Source of the DNA: a virus
Taxonomy: Duplodnaviria > Caudoviricetes
IMG/VR virus record: IMGVR_UViG_3300008266_000061
Coordinates: 1 to 59,880 of that record
DNA length: 59,880 bases
Direction: 5' to 3' (one strand)
Below are positions 37,792 through 48,600 of the stretch, piece by piece. The notes below the pieces were generated by a model. The model had not been told where the DNA came from and made no database searches. It saw only the letters and a list, made by a program, of their open reading frames with translations. The translations under genes were made by a program, and so were the position numbers. Numbering within the stretch: the first letter of the stretch is position 1; each line of letters begins with the position of its first letter.

Positions 37792-39297
37792 ATGGAAAAG
37801 AAACTGTTAGAAGTAGAAGGTGGAGAGATGGCCATATCCTCATCCAACGGGATCATGGCCATCGTTCCAAAAAACAAGGTTAGTTGGGTTAGAAAAAAAC
37901 TTGACGAGGGTTGCCATGAGTGTATAGACTCGTTGATAGAGACCCTTCCTAGCTTTGATGGGGACGGGCAAATGGCTGAAGATGGGGTTGCCTTAGACAC
38001 AGACCCGCCAAAAAAGAGACTGTTCCGTCGAGACCCACAGCAACTGTTTTACGAAGACGAGACCGAGCCGGGGACCGACACGTATGTGTCCCAATACTCA
38101 ACAAACCCTGTCGAGATAGTGGCCGAGCGCGGGAAGCCAATGAGCGCGTTTCAAAAGGCTATGTCTCACCTCAACCCTAAGAACTGGTTCCTTGAGGACT
38201 ACAGCGACCAGATTACCAAAGACGACGCATACGCTAAGGCACGTGCGGCAGGTCAGGTAGAGTACATGTATCGAGGAAGGCGTTACAACACCAAAATGGA
38301 AGGGACGCCAAAACAACAACTTGAGTGGTCTGGTATAACAGACGAAAGGATACACCGGGGTGTAAACAGACCCGGCGATGGGTTTGGGGTAGGTGCTATT
38401 AAGGAATTTACGGAAGGAAGGCTTGAGGAAAATCTTGACCCCATTAGTTATGAGGACATGGAGTCAAGGTTCTTTAGCACTGTCTTCTTAAACAAAAAGG
38501 AGGCGTCCAGGGTAGCAAGAGATGCCATGGACGAAACTATGGCAAACAGGGCCTACATGGGCCCAAGGACAGACGCTTTTAACCTGTACGTTGGTAAGCC
38601 TCAAAAATATAACACGTTTTCCGTGTCGGACTATAGGCCCTCCAGGGGTAGTGAAAAAGATGCGACATACTATTCATTGAATAAGTTTAAGGAACCCGCA
38701 ATTGCCAGAGACCTTGTTGAAAGATATGAAAGAGACATACAAGACATAAACGACCAGATTGCCTTTAGGAAGTTAACTGAAGACCAGATAAAAGACCTAA
38801 AGAAGCGACATCTATATTTTGAGGACTTGAAAAAGGATGGCGTGATAACGGTTGGTTCGGCAGACGTGAGTGCAACAGTCAGAGACTTGGGAGACTTTAT
38901 TGAGCAATACGACAAGTCTAACCGTTCAATGTCTATGCCACGGGGGCAAATAGAAGTTTTAAGGGATTACGTGAGGCTGATGAATGAGCCAGAGTTGGCC
39001 GAACGAATGGGGAAGGGAGACCTTTCCGAAGAGGACCAAGCGGTTTTGAGAGAGCTAAGAGATTTTGGAGAGACGATGACGGCATATGATCCGGCTACAA
39101 AGTCTTTTAGGTACACCGACTCGGCAGGATGGGCCGGTGTAATGGGCAACTTTAACGTAAGCAAGGGTGTAGACCCGCAGACCGGAAGGGCTTATGTCGC
39201 ATACAGAGACCTGTGGGACTTACAGCCGGCTGACTTTGGTAAGCCTTACGAGATTTATGATAGAATTTATTTGGACCAAATAAAGCCCAGGGAGTAA
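37792..39297 (+). CDS. Putative cargo protein
   Basis: N-terminal EVEGGE...GCHECID..LP; AY.KAR..G...Y.YRG.RYNT motif; C-terminal Y.DLWDL...GKPYEIYDRIY. Confidence 0.6.
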   Translation: MEKKLLEVEGGEMAISSSNGIMAIVPKNKVSWVRKKLDEGCHECIDSLIETLPSFDGDGQMAEDGVALDTDPPKKRLFRRDPQQLFYEDETEPGTDTYVSQYSTNPVEIVAERGKPMSAFQKAMSHLNPKNWFLEDYSDQITKDDAYAKARAAGQVEYMYRGRRYNTKMEGTPKQQLEWSGITDERIHRGVNRPGDGFGVGAIKEFTEGRLEENLDPISYEDMESRFFSTVFLNKKEASRVARDAMDETMANRAYMGPRTDAFNLYVGKPQKYNTFSVSDYRPSRGSEKDATYYSLNKFKEPAIARDLVERYERDIQDINDQIAFRKLTEDQIKDLKKRHLYFEDLKKDGVITVGSADVSATVRDLGDFIEQYDKSNRSMSMPRGQIEVLRDYVRLMNEPELAERMGKGDLSEEDQAVLRELRDFGETMTAYDPATKSFRYTDSAGWAGVMGNFNVSKGVDPQTGRAYVAYRDLWDLQPADFGKPYEIYDRIYLDQIKPRE

Positions 39298-39319
39298 CCT
39301 TTAATTTTTAAGTTATATA

Positions 39320-42300
39320 ATGGCAAAAGGCTGCGTTTACATACTACAATCAGGCAAGGATGCGGGGAAAATCTTTGGTTCTAAGGACTCCCTTGCCGCG
39401 CACATGAACTACACCCCGGCCATGGCCGACTTGATGGCCAAGTACGAGAAGACGGGTGGCAAGATGGACGCGGGCAATGTGACCAAGTGGTTGACCGACA
39501 ACGGTTACTTGAAGGCTGAGGCTAAGAAGCCAACTACAACAGGTGAGGATATTAAATCTTTCTTCAGCAATATTGGCAACCAAAGTTTAGCAATCATGGA
39601 AGCCGATATACTTAAAGCTGGTAAGTCTGTTATATCTAATATATCTAAAGCTACTTCTGAGCAAAGAAAAAAAATAGATGCTGATATAGAGCAACTTAAA
39701 AATAAATATCCCGAAAGGAATATTACGAGCAAGGTTGAAAATGGTAATTTAATTGTTGAAAGCGGAGTGGCCGCCCCTAAGACAACCCAAAAGCCAACAA
39801 CTAAGAAAGAGTTCCCAAAGGCCCCGGTCACAGACGCGGTAAAGGCTGCGCTCAAGAGCGTGGACAATACCACGGTGGCCATCATGAACCTGGCAAAGGT
39901 ACTCCCGACGGTATACGAGTCTATCACCAAGCAGGTAAAGACAACCCTTGGCAAGCCTGTCTCACAGCAGGTGGCCGAGGCGTACCACAACGCGGTAGAG
40001 AACGGCGTGGAGCCAGAACTGGTAGCGGCGGTAGAGAATGCTGTAGCATTACAGGAGCAGATGAAGTCCAAGCCAAGCCTGGCCGACGACATCGAGACGG
40101 CAGAGACCTTGGAGATGGACGGCGTGCCTAACGGGGTACGCGTCAGCAACAAGTCGTCTTTGGCCGACCTGGAGCGCAAGCATGCGGGGAACGCCACTAA
40201 AAAGGCGACCATTGCCATGGCCCGTGCGGCAGCCAAGACCCTCAAGTCTGTGTTCCCGATGATGGACATCCACCTGCACGAGAACACCTCCGACTACAAC
40301 AACGCTATGGCTAACCTTGGCGCACAGCAGAACAGCGCGGGTAACTTTACATACAGCACCTCGTCCGATGGAACGGTCGTTGGTCGTATCGACATCAACC
40401 TAAACAGGGCTGTTCCACGCACCGTTGTACACGAGGTGAGCCACGCGATAATGCTCAAAACCTTTGGCGACAGTTCTCCTGCCTTCCTTGAGTTCCGTAA
40501 CAACCTTGAGAAGATAATATCAAAGTCCGGCAACGCGAGACTGTCAGCCTTTGCCGACAAGTACAAAGACATAGCCGACGACATAGGCCAGGCGGAGGAA
40601 TATCTCGCCGAGCTGGCCGGTATACTGTCCGACAAAGAGGCTCCGCTTAGTTATGGCGTGATTCGCCGCATCGCTGAGATGATCAACAAAGCGGTGTCTA
40701 CCATAACCTTTGGCCGTATCAAGCCTTTTGAGGACTTGCAAAACCAGAAGGAGACTCTTGAGTTCTTTAACAGCATTGCACAAAGCATTAAGACCGGTAG
40801 CTCACTTGAAAATCTTATGACGGCCGAGCCGTATAGCACGTCAATAGCTATTGAGGTTGATCCAGATGGAACCTTTACGAAGTCAAGTATCAAGACTAAA
40901 GCGGCAATAGGCGATTACATCATACCCAAGGGTAAGAAGGATTTGGCAATTGCTACCGTGCCTACAAAATCACTTGCGGAAGTTATTAAGGAATACAACG
41001 GTCGTGTGGTAATCATTACTAGCGACGCTACTGGATACGGTGTGGATAGTAAGGGACGTGAGATTTATGGTGGACCTGGGTTTGCAAATAATTTGAAGAA
41101 TGTTCTTGACGAAATTGGTTTTGCAAGTTTGAACATAGGTACGGTTAAGTCAACATATACCGCCGCAGAAAATATTTATGGCCAAGGCAAGACTCTTGTT
41201 TTGATCATGGTTCAACCACCTCATACTACAATAAATAATTCCTATGGTACTCGATACTTCATGGAGTCTCTTGTTAAAATTGCAAAAAACAAAGATTGGC
41301 AAGATGTAAAAAATGATATAAAAACCCGCATTTCAACACTTAATAAAATTACGAATGAGATTGGAGATGAAAATGTTGCAAAAATGATGGCGTTTTTTGA
41401 CAAAATAAATTCAAAGTCAGATCCAGATGCCTTAACTGAGGAGTATCTAAATTTTACAACATTCCCAGCCAGATCTGTAATAGCTAAAACATTGATGTTT
41501 GATCATCCCGGAAAGGGCGTGAGTGTAAATACCGCAAAAAGTAAGTTAGCATTTTTAGATATTGGTGTTACTATTTATGATTTCTTAAAAGAATACGGAG
41601 ATCAAACCATCCTCACAGAGGATATGATGAGGGAGGATATAGGCGGGTTTGTTGTGGCTGGATTTGAAATTGATGTCACGGATAAAGACACTAGAGAAAA
41701 ATTAATAGTTGAGACTCAAGGAAAGGGTATAGCACATCCATTGTTTAATGCCAAATTACCTGGTACTAATCATTTTGTATTAGACGGGCTTTATGGCGTG
41801 AACGAAAACTTTGCCCGCTTTTCAAAAACAAACACTGAAATTGCATTACCAACAAAAGAACGCGACCAAATGGTTCGTGAAATATATACAAAAACAAGCA
41901 ATTATGCTAAACCTATACAAAGTAAAATAAATGCAATAGCTCAAGATCCAGCGTTGTCTGACGAAGAAAAAAATGCTCAAATAGAAAAACTTAAAATTTA
42001 TACGAATCTATCAGTAACTAAAAAAGTTGAGTTTAAGGAAAAGTACTTATCAAAAATAAAAGGTGCTTTAGTTACTGTAATGCCCAATGTAGCAACAAGT
42101 GTTGCACAAGGTATAGGATTTATTCCCGAAAAAGGCGCTGAAAAACGTATAGAAAAAGCAGAATACACAAAATCCAGAGAACTTCCACCGTCAAAGATCG
42201 CAAACAAGGCCCAGATTGCAATCAACGAATACGAAGAGGCGCCAGCCAGCGAGAAGCCGGTACTGAAGAGCAAGGCTCAGCTTGCCGTGTTCGACGAGAC

Positions 42301-45133
42301 AGGCTACGTGTCCACAGAGTTTTGGGTAAACAACTTGAGTGCCAACACCAAGTACCTAGACGGCGTGATCAAGTCCATCCTGGACGCACGCAGTGTACTC
42401 AAGAAGGGGAAGGTAAAGCCGGAACAGGTCGTGAAGGCGTACATGATAACGCTCGGCTCTATGGGCAGCGGCGGCACGTATTATGACAGCTGGAAGGAAA
42501 AGACAGGTCAAACAGTTAGCGACCTATTCTTGGAGAAAGAAAAAGGGCGCGACTGGTTAAGACCGGAAGGTGCAGCCGCCGCATACCTTGTGACAGACGA
42601 AGGTAAAAAGTTAGTGGACGACATGATTGCGGGCACGGCCAGTGCAGTGCAGATTAAAAAACTATTTGACTTTATTGGCGTGGGCCGCGAAACACAAAAG
42701 GCTGGATACGCAATCAAGTCAATGCAAAACGGTGGCATAAAGGCCATGACCGACACGTTCAACGAGAACAAGGGTAAGGACTTCGCTCAGCTGTACCAGG
42801 CCGCTATGGACAACCTGGAGGGTATAGGCGAGGGCAAGACCGGGTTCTTCAACCAGTACTTTGGAGTGTCTGGACGTGCTGTGATTGACGCCCGCGAACT
42901 GAATGCATGGATCGCAGGCAGCATGAAGCTCACCCCGGAGCAGACCAGGGCAAAGGAAAAGGCAGCGTCCAGCAAGGCTATCGGAGACATGCTGTTGAAG
43001 CGTATCGAGGAGGTCGGACTGAAGCTGGGTTACTCTGCGGACATGGCTGGGTACATCGCACACCACGCGATTTGGGACGCTGTAAAAGGATCCGTAACTA
43101 CCCACGAGGGTGAATACGCCGTGGTGTCTGGAAAGGCGCCCATCAAGTCAAAGGTGTCCATCAAGTCGAAGGCACAAATCTTCGGCGAGACAGGAGCCAC
43201 GAGGATGGAAAACGCTGAAAAGGTACTCGATAACCTACAGGTGGCAAGGGACATGGAGGCCAAGTTTGAAAAGGAGGAGCGCACAATGAGGTTTGTTGGC
43301 CCGTCAAAGTCGGCTGAAAACGCTCAGAAGATTAGGCTGGCTACTGGATGGGAGAAGGGTGCAGACGGTATGTGGAGATTGGAGATCCCAGACGGTCAGC
43401 TCAAGCCGATTGACCTTGATAACATGTACAAGGACGGCGGGGTTCCAAAGGCATATCTTGACGAGATATACGACTCCAAAGAACTGTACGAGGCTTATCC
43501 AACCGCAAGGGACCTACGGGTGTCTTTTATTGAGGCCGATGATTATAAGGGATCCTACAATCAAAAGGAAGGTCAAATAGAATTGGCTATCAACAATTTT
43601 GATGAGCCGATGGATATGTTGTCTACTCTACTGCACGAGGTTCAGCACCACATACAGTACGTGGAGGGATTTGCAACAGGTTCAAATACTTCCACTGTCG
43701 TTAATAAGATCATGTCTGAGATTCAACAAATAAACAGACAGATAGATACGGTCAAAAAGGAAAAGAAGGAGCCGGGTGCAGATGTTGGTAAGTTGCAAGA
43801 AAAACAAGCTGTCCTTGAGAACAAAAGCAAAAGACTCAACGAAAAGGTGTCAGAAAGCATCATGGGCGCAATGGCCAGGATGAACGTCGAACTCAAGGGA
43901 CCAGAAGAACAAAGGGCCTTTGTGAACCTGGCACTAAAGGATAGAGACGTACAGAGGGAGTTATATATAAAGGTGGCTGGAGAGGTAGAGGCTAGGAACG
44001 TACAAAAGCGTATGGGCCTTAGCGAAGAGGAGCGCATGAATAAACTCCTATCTTCAACAGAGGACGTCCACAGAAGTGACCAATTGGCTTTGGGAGCCGC
44101 ATTGAAAGGGGAGACGCCAACTCTCAAGTCAAAGGCCCAGATGGCACCCGTAGAGGAGACGGCTAAGGCGTTGGATGAGGTAGGAGAGGCGACTGTTAAG
44201 GCTAAAATAGATAGTTTATCGGAGTCTTTAAAAAAGTCTTTTGATCAACAAAAAGCCAAAATAGAGGCATTAGGAAACGCCTCCACAGATAAGGATTTAG
44301 AATCGTATACTAACTTAAAGTCTGCAAGCAGACAAATTGATCGTGTTGCTAAATACGGATCTTTCCCAATAGGCTACGATACAATAAGAGACGAGTTTTC
44401 AGACGTAGACAAACAAATTGAAAAACCAGAGGCCAAGTATAAAAACGGGAAGCAAATTGGCAAGGAGGATTTTGGTAAAACATATGAGGTTGAAGGCAGT
44501 GGTCTTTTATATAGAGGTGTATCAAAAGCCGATTATGAGAGAATAAATAAACAAGGGTTTATTGATACTGATATGAGGGGTGCAATTAGTCGTAGAGAGG
44601 GTATGAACTTGGCTAAGGATCCTGCAACATCTGCTAGTTACCTCCCTAATAATGCTGGCGGATACGTCATAGCTATAAACCCAAAGGGATTGAATCTTTT
44701 TGGTACAGATGCTGACAATTATATAAGAACACGTGATGTTGTACCTATTGAAAACATTGTAAAGGTTTCTGAGTATATCGCCAAAGATGATATGGGCTCG
44801 TTTTTTATGGATTCAAAACTTAATGAATCTATATCTAACGCCTACTACAAGGCTAAAGAAGACGGCTCCAACCCCGAACTTGTAAAAGCTGTTGAAGACC
44901 TAATCGGTAAGCCAGGACTCAAGACCAAGGCCCAGATGGTGGACAACAACGCCAAGGAGGTAGCCGACCTTTATGCCGAGATGCGTGAGGGTGGTGGATG
45001 GGCTGAGCGCCAAAAAATAAACGCTATTTTGGACCAAGACCCCAAACTATCGTACATTTACAACAACTTTAAGGCCATCACTCAGATGCTCGAGGATGCC
45101 AAACTTTTAACGAAATCCGGTAACTGTCCATGA
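39320..45133 (+). CDS. Large polyvalent cargo protein (two HExxH peptidase domains, HhH glycosylase-like, LPD23-like and ART-like modules)
   Basis: HEVSH..EEYLAE; GIGEGKTGFF..AVIDAR..HHAIWD; RLATGWEKGADGMWRLEI; LLHEVQH.IQ..EGF..GEVEAR; LYRG. Confidence 0.75.
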   Translation: MAKGCVYILQSGKDAGKIFGSKDSLAAHMNYTPAMADLMAKYEKTGGKMDAGNVTKWLTDNGYLKAEAKKPTTTGEDIKSFFSNIGNQSLAIMEADILKAGKSVISNISKATSEQRKKIDADIEQLKNKYPERNITSKVENGNLIVESGVAAPKTTQKPTTKKEFPKAPVTDAVKAALKSVDNTTVAIMNLAKVLPTVYESITKQVKTTLGKPVSQQVAEAYHNAVENGVEPELVAAVENAVALQEQMKSKPSLADDIETAETLEMDGVPNGVRVSNKSSLADLERKHAGNATKKATIAMARAAAKTLKSVFPMMDIHLHENTSDYNNAMANLGAQQNSAGNFTYSTSSDGTVVGRIDINLNRAVPRTVVHEVSHAIMLKTFGDSSPAFLEFRNNLEKIISKSGNARLSAFADKYKDIADDIGQAEEYLAELAGILSDKEAPLSYGVIRRIAEMINKAVSTITFGRIKPFEDLQNQKETLEFFNSIAQSIKTGSSLENLMTAEPYSTSIAIEVDPDGTFTKSSIKTKAAIGDYIIPKGKKDLAIATVPTKSLAEVIKEYNGRVVIITSDATGYGVDSKGREIYGGPGFANNLKNVLDEIGFASLNIGTVKSTYTAAENIYGQGKTLVLIMVQPPHTTINNSYGTRYFMESLVKIAKNKDWQDVKNDIKTRISTLNKITNEIGDENVAKMMAFFDKINSKSDPDALTEEYLNFTTFPARSVIAKTLMFDHPGKGVSVNTAKSKLAFLDIGVTIYDFLKEYGDQTILTEDMMREDIGGFVVAGFEIDVTDKDTREKLIVETQGKGIAHPLFNAKLPGTNHFVLDGLYGVNENFARFSKTNTEIALPTKERDQMVREIYTKTSNYAKPIQSKINAIAQDPALSDEEKNAQIEKLKIYTNLSVTKKVEFKEKYLSKIKGALVTVMPNVATSVAQGIGFIPEKGAEKRIEKAEYTKSRELPPSKIANKAQIAINEYEEAPASEKPVLKSKAQLAVFDETGYVSTEFWVNNLSANTKYLDGVIKSILDARSVLKKGKVKPEQVVKAYMITLGSMGSGGTYYDSWKEKTGQTVSDLFLEKEKGRDWLRPEGAAAAYLVTDEGKKLVDDMIAGTASAVQIKKLFDFIGVGRETQKAGYAIKSMQNGGIKAMTDTFNENKGKDFAQLYQAAMDNLEGIGEGKTGFFNQYFGVSGRAVIDARELNAWIAGSMKLTPEQTRAKEKAASSKAIGDMLLKRIEEVGLKLGYSADMAGYIAHHAIWDAVKGSVTTHEGEYAVVSGKAPIKSKVSIKSKAQIFGETGATRMENAEKVLDNLQVARDMEAKFEKEERTMRFVGPSKSAENAQKIRLATGWEKGADGMWRLEIPDGQLKPIDLDNMYKDGGVPKAYLDEIYDSKELYEAYPTARDLRVSFIEADDYKGSYNQKEGQIELAINNFDEPMDMLSTLLHEVQHHIQYVEGFATGSNTSTVVNKIMSEIQQINRQIDTVKKEKKEPGADVGKLQEKQAVLENKSKRLNEKVSESIMGAMARMNVELKGPEEQRAFVNLALKDRDVQRELYIKVAGEVEARNVQKRMGLSEEERMNKLLSSTEDVHRSDQLALGAALKGETPTLKSKAQMAPVEETAKALDEVGEATVKAKIDSLSESLKKSFDQQKAKIEALGNASTDKDLESYTNLKSASRQIDRVAKYGSFPIGYDTIRDEFSDVDKQIEKPEAKYKNGKQIGKEDFGKTYEVEGSGLLYRGVSKADYERINKQGFIDTDMRGAISRREGMNLAKDPATSASYLPNNAGGYVIAINPKGLNLFGTDADNYIRTRDVVPIENIVKVSEYIAKDDMGSFFMDSKLNESISNAYYKAKEDGSNPELVKAVEDLIGKPGLKTKAQMVDNNAKEVADLYAEMREGGGWAERQKINAILDQDPKLSYIYNNFKAITQMLEDAKLLTKSGNCP

Positions 45134-45621
45134 CACCAAACAAGTTAGATAAAGACGTAGTAGACCTACTGTTGCCTCGCCTCAAGGACGAGTACAACGC
45201 ATTTTATTTTTACCGCGCAGCCAGCAACTGGTGCCAGGGCGTGGGTTACTTCAAGGCCGCAGAGTTCTTCGCAAAGGAGTCTGAGGACGAGCTAGGCCAC
45301 GCAAAGAAGATCGAGCAGTACCTCGTGGACTGGAACGTGGACCCGGAGCTTCCCACCGTGGAGCGTCCGCAGATTGTCTTCTCTGGCCTCATGGAAGTTA
45401 TTGAGAACGCCTACACGATCGAGTACGCACTGTACGAAGACTACGAGGGCACCTCAAAGGAGATGTTCAAGAAGGACCTGTGCGTGTTTGACTTCCTACA
45501 GGAGTTCCGCATGCTACAGAAGCAGTCAGTCGCCGAGTATAGCGACAAACTCAACATGCTCGAGGGTGTGGACGGCAAGGACAAGTTCAAGTTACTTTTG
45601 CTAGAGAAAAAGTTATTCTAA
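45130..45621 (+). CDS. Ferritin (FtnA-like)
   Basis: E...A..FY..ASNWC...G..KAAEFF..ESEDELGHA.KI..YL...IE...FDFL....Q; 163 aa. Confidence 0.85.
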   Translation: MTPNKLDKDVVDLLLPRLKDEYNAFYFYRAASNWCQGVGYFKAAEFFAKESEDELGHAKKIEQYLVDWNVDPELPTVERPQIVFSGLMEVIENAYTIEYALYEDYEGTSKEMFKKDLCVFDFLQEFRMLQKQSVAEYSDKLNMLEGVDGKDKFKLLLLEKKLF

Positions 45622-45625
45622 TTGA

Positions 45626-48600
45626 ATGGCAAAGAATCCCTGTAAGATATTCTTTAAGGACAAGCCTGGCGGCACCGCCACTGAGTACACTTATGATGAG
45701 TTCATGAGTATGCTCAAGGATGGGAGGTTGATAGACTTTATAAACCAGGGCCTGCTTGACGAGGGGCGCATGCGCGGGGAGAACCCGTTCATCGCGGCTG
45801 AGCCACAGCCGGTGAAGCGAGTCGATTTAAAGTCTATGGTAGGGAAGGGCAAGGCCCTCAAGACCCTGTTGACCAGGGCTGTACTAGGTGACAACGACAA
45901 GCGTATCGTTGATGCCTTACGTAAGACCGGTCTTGACCGGGACATTTTGAAGCTTACCGATGCAAGGGCTCGTGCTGAACAGTTTGTGGAAAAGGTTGGC
46001 TTTGACGCGGCCTACCAGGCGGTGTCTGACCACGCCATGAACCCCGGGGTGGCCTCGTACGTCTATGCAAACCTTATCGACAGGCTAGAAAAGGCAAAGC
46101 TTATTTCGCAGGAAGACAGCGGCATGGACCCACAAGAATATGTGGAGGCTCTAAACGACCTGTACGACATGCAGGCCAAGATGATTGGAGAGTTTTCGGC
46201 CATATCCACCGGGTACGGTCAGTTCATAAACTCACTCAAGGACATCTACCGCAACTCGCTGTTTAACTACAGCCTGGACAACCAGATCAACGAATACAAG
46301 AAGGCTAACTTCAACTACATCCCCTCAGAGGTGGAGGAGAAGTACCGCAAGCTTGACGCGCAGATAAAGGAACTGAACCAGCGCATTTCCGACATGGAGA
46401 AGAGGGCGCAGGACGCGGAAGATGCCAGGAACATGGCCGAGGTACAGGCAGCGGTTGAGGGGGACAAGATTGCCAACATCGACATCAAGGACAGCACAAA
46501 CGACGCTGCCGCTGAGGTGATGAAGTTTAAGGCCAAGTCCGTTTCGTTCAAGGACGCCAACGGGAAGCCTATCAACGTGCCCAAGTCCTCGTGGGACAAG
46601 ATAGTAGAGGCCGCAGCAAACGCGGTAAAGAACCTGACCAACAAGCCGTCGCTTGTGTCAAAGGCAAGCCTTTCCGGTTCCGCATCTAACGCCGCCATGA
46701 ACGCGGCCATTGCTGCGGTACAGGCAGAGCCTTGGTATCAGGCACTCAGCGCGGCCGACAAGAAGGCTGTGGAGGACCAGATAAAGGCGCAGTTTCAAAG
46801 CACAACGCCGGGCAAGATATCGATACCATCCAGCGTAATAAGCAAGGCTATCGAAGACGGCGCTGCCACCATGGACGAACTTGTCCAGGCGGTAAAGGCC
46901 GAGATGTCAAAGAAGTACCCCAACGCCACTGATCGCCAGATCCGTGACGCAATAAGCGGATACGGACGTGAGCGGACCAAGACCAAAACCGACTTGCAGG
47001 TGGAGCTTGCAAGGTTGAGGAACATTGGACGCATGGTGTCAAGGCTTGAGGACATCCAGGCAGGCATCATCAAGGCCAAGACTCCCCAAGAAAAGGCCAA
47101 GCTGACCGATCAAGAAAGTCAGTTGAGGTTGGATATACAGGACGCCTACGAGCGTGAAGGTATTGCCGGCGCACAGCGACTCATAAACGCCAAGGAGAAC
47201 GCCAAGAAGCGAATAGCTGAACTGGAGCGCAGACTTAGCGAGGGGGACTTTAGCAAGAAGGAACGCAAGGAGGCGGTAGAAGACGACGAGCTTCGTCAAC
47301 TCCGGGCAGAGCGCCAGACGTTACAGAACCAGTTCGACAAGGAGCTTGACAGGATCAAGAAACAGAACAGTCCAACCAAGTTTTGGGACGGATTAGGAGC
47401 GTTTTGGGAGATTGCTCGTCTGTTGCAGGCAACCTTTGACTTGTCGATGGTGCTTGTGCAGGGTTTGAAGCTGACCGTGTCTCACCCACTTTATGCCGTC
47501 AGGGGATTCAAAAAGGCGTTTGAACACTTGGCGAGTGAAAGCCGGGCACGTAAATGGGGGGAGTTCATCAAGTCTCAGGAACACTACGAGGAGATGATGA
47601 AGGCCGGACTTTCGTTGTCTGAATACGACGCGTCGTTGTCTGAAAAAGAAGAAGGCTTCTTGGGCGGCGTAGGTAACACGATGTGGGACTATTTGGTCCT
47701 CCCGTTCAAGATGTTTGGTCAGGGCGCATACACCCGGGCGGCGTTAGTAAACCCGTTCAAGGCGTTTGAACGTGCTGGTATCGGATACCTAAACACTATG
47801 CGTGTCCTTAGGTACGAGGATGGTCGCAACATGCTTATGAACGCTAAAAAAGGCAAGACGTTTGAGACCGACCCGGAATCGTTTAAGGCTGTGGCAAACA
47901 TGGTCAACACGTTTACCGGAAGGGCGTCCTTGGGGCCACTAGAAAAGAATGCCGGACTCTTGTCAAAGATATTCTACTCGCCAAAGAACTGGGCCTCTCA
48001 GCTCAAGACGTCTACCATAGGGTTTCCTATATACCTGCTCACCTTAAAAGACAAGGGTACGTTTAAGCCGTCGGTAGCCCAGAAGATGGCTGCCAGGGAC
48101 TTTATATCTTGGTTTATCACAACAACTGGTATAGTGTCTATGATTGCGTTCAAGGCAAACGAGGACGACGAGGATGAGGTTGAGGTAGACCTAAACCCGC
48201 TAAGTTCAAGGTTTGGCAAGATCCGTATAGGCAACATTTACGTGGACCCATGGGGTGGATTTATCCAGCACATCGTTTTACAGGCCCGTTTATACAACGA
48301 GGCAATGGTTCGTGGCGGGGAAGAAAAAAAGCTAGGGGACTACAACACCCCCACAAGGGGCGGGCTGATTGCGGAGTTTGCTAAGAACAAGCTACACCCG
48401 ACCGCTAGTCTTTTGGTTGGATATCTTACCACACACGACGAGGACGGCAAGCGCGTAGACGCATACGGCAACGACTTTATATGGAAGGACGAGATACAGG
48501 AGCGTGTATTGCCCATGATTGGAAGCACGCTTGCTGAGATATTTAAGGAGGAGCCCAACCTCAAGGGGGCATTCCTTGGCGCGTATGCATTCCTTGGCGC

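Noticed and set aside
37742-37792. Programmed frameshift or readthrough joining the two cargo ORFs
   Set aside because: Stops occur in all three frames in the gap and no slippery site is evident
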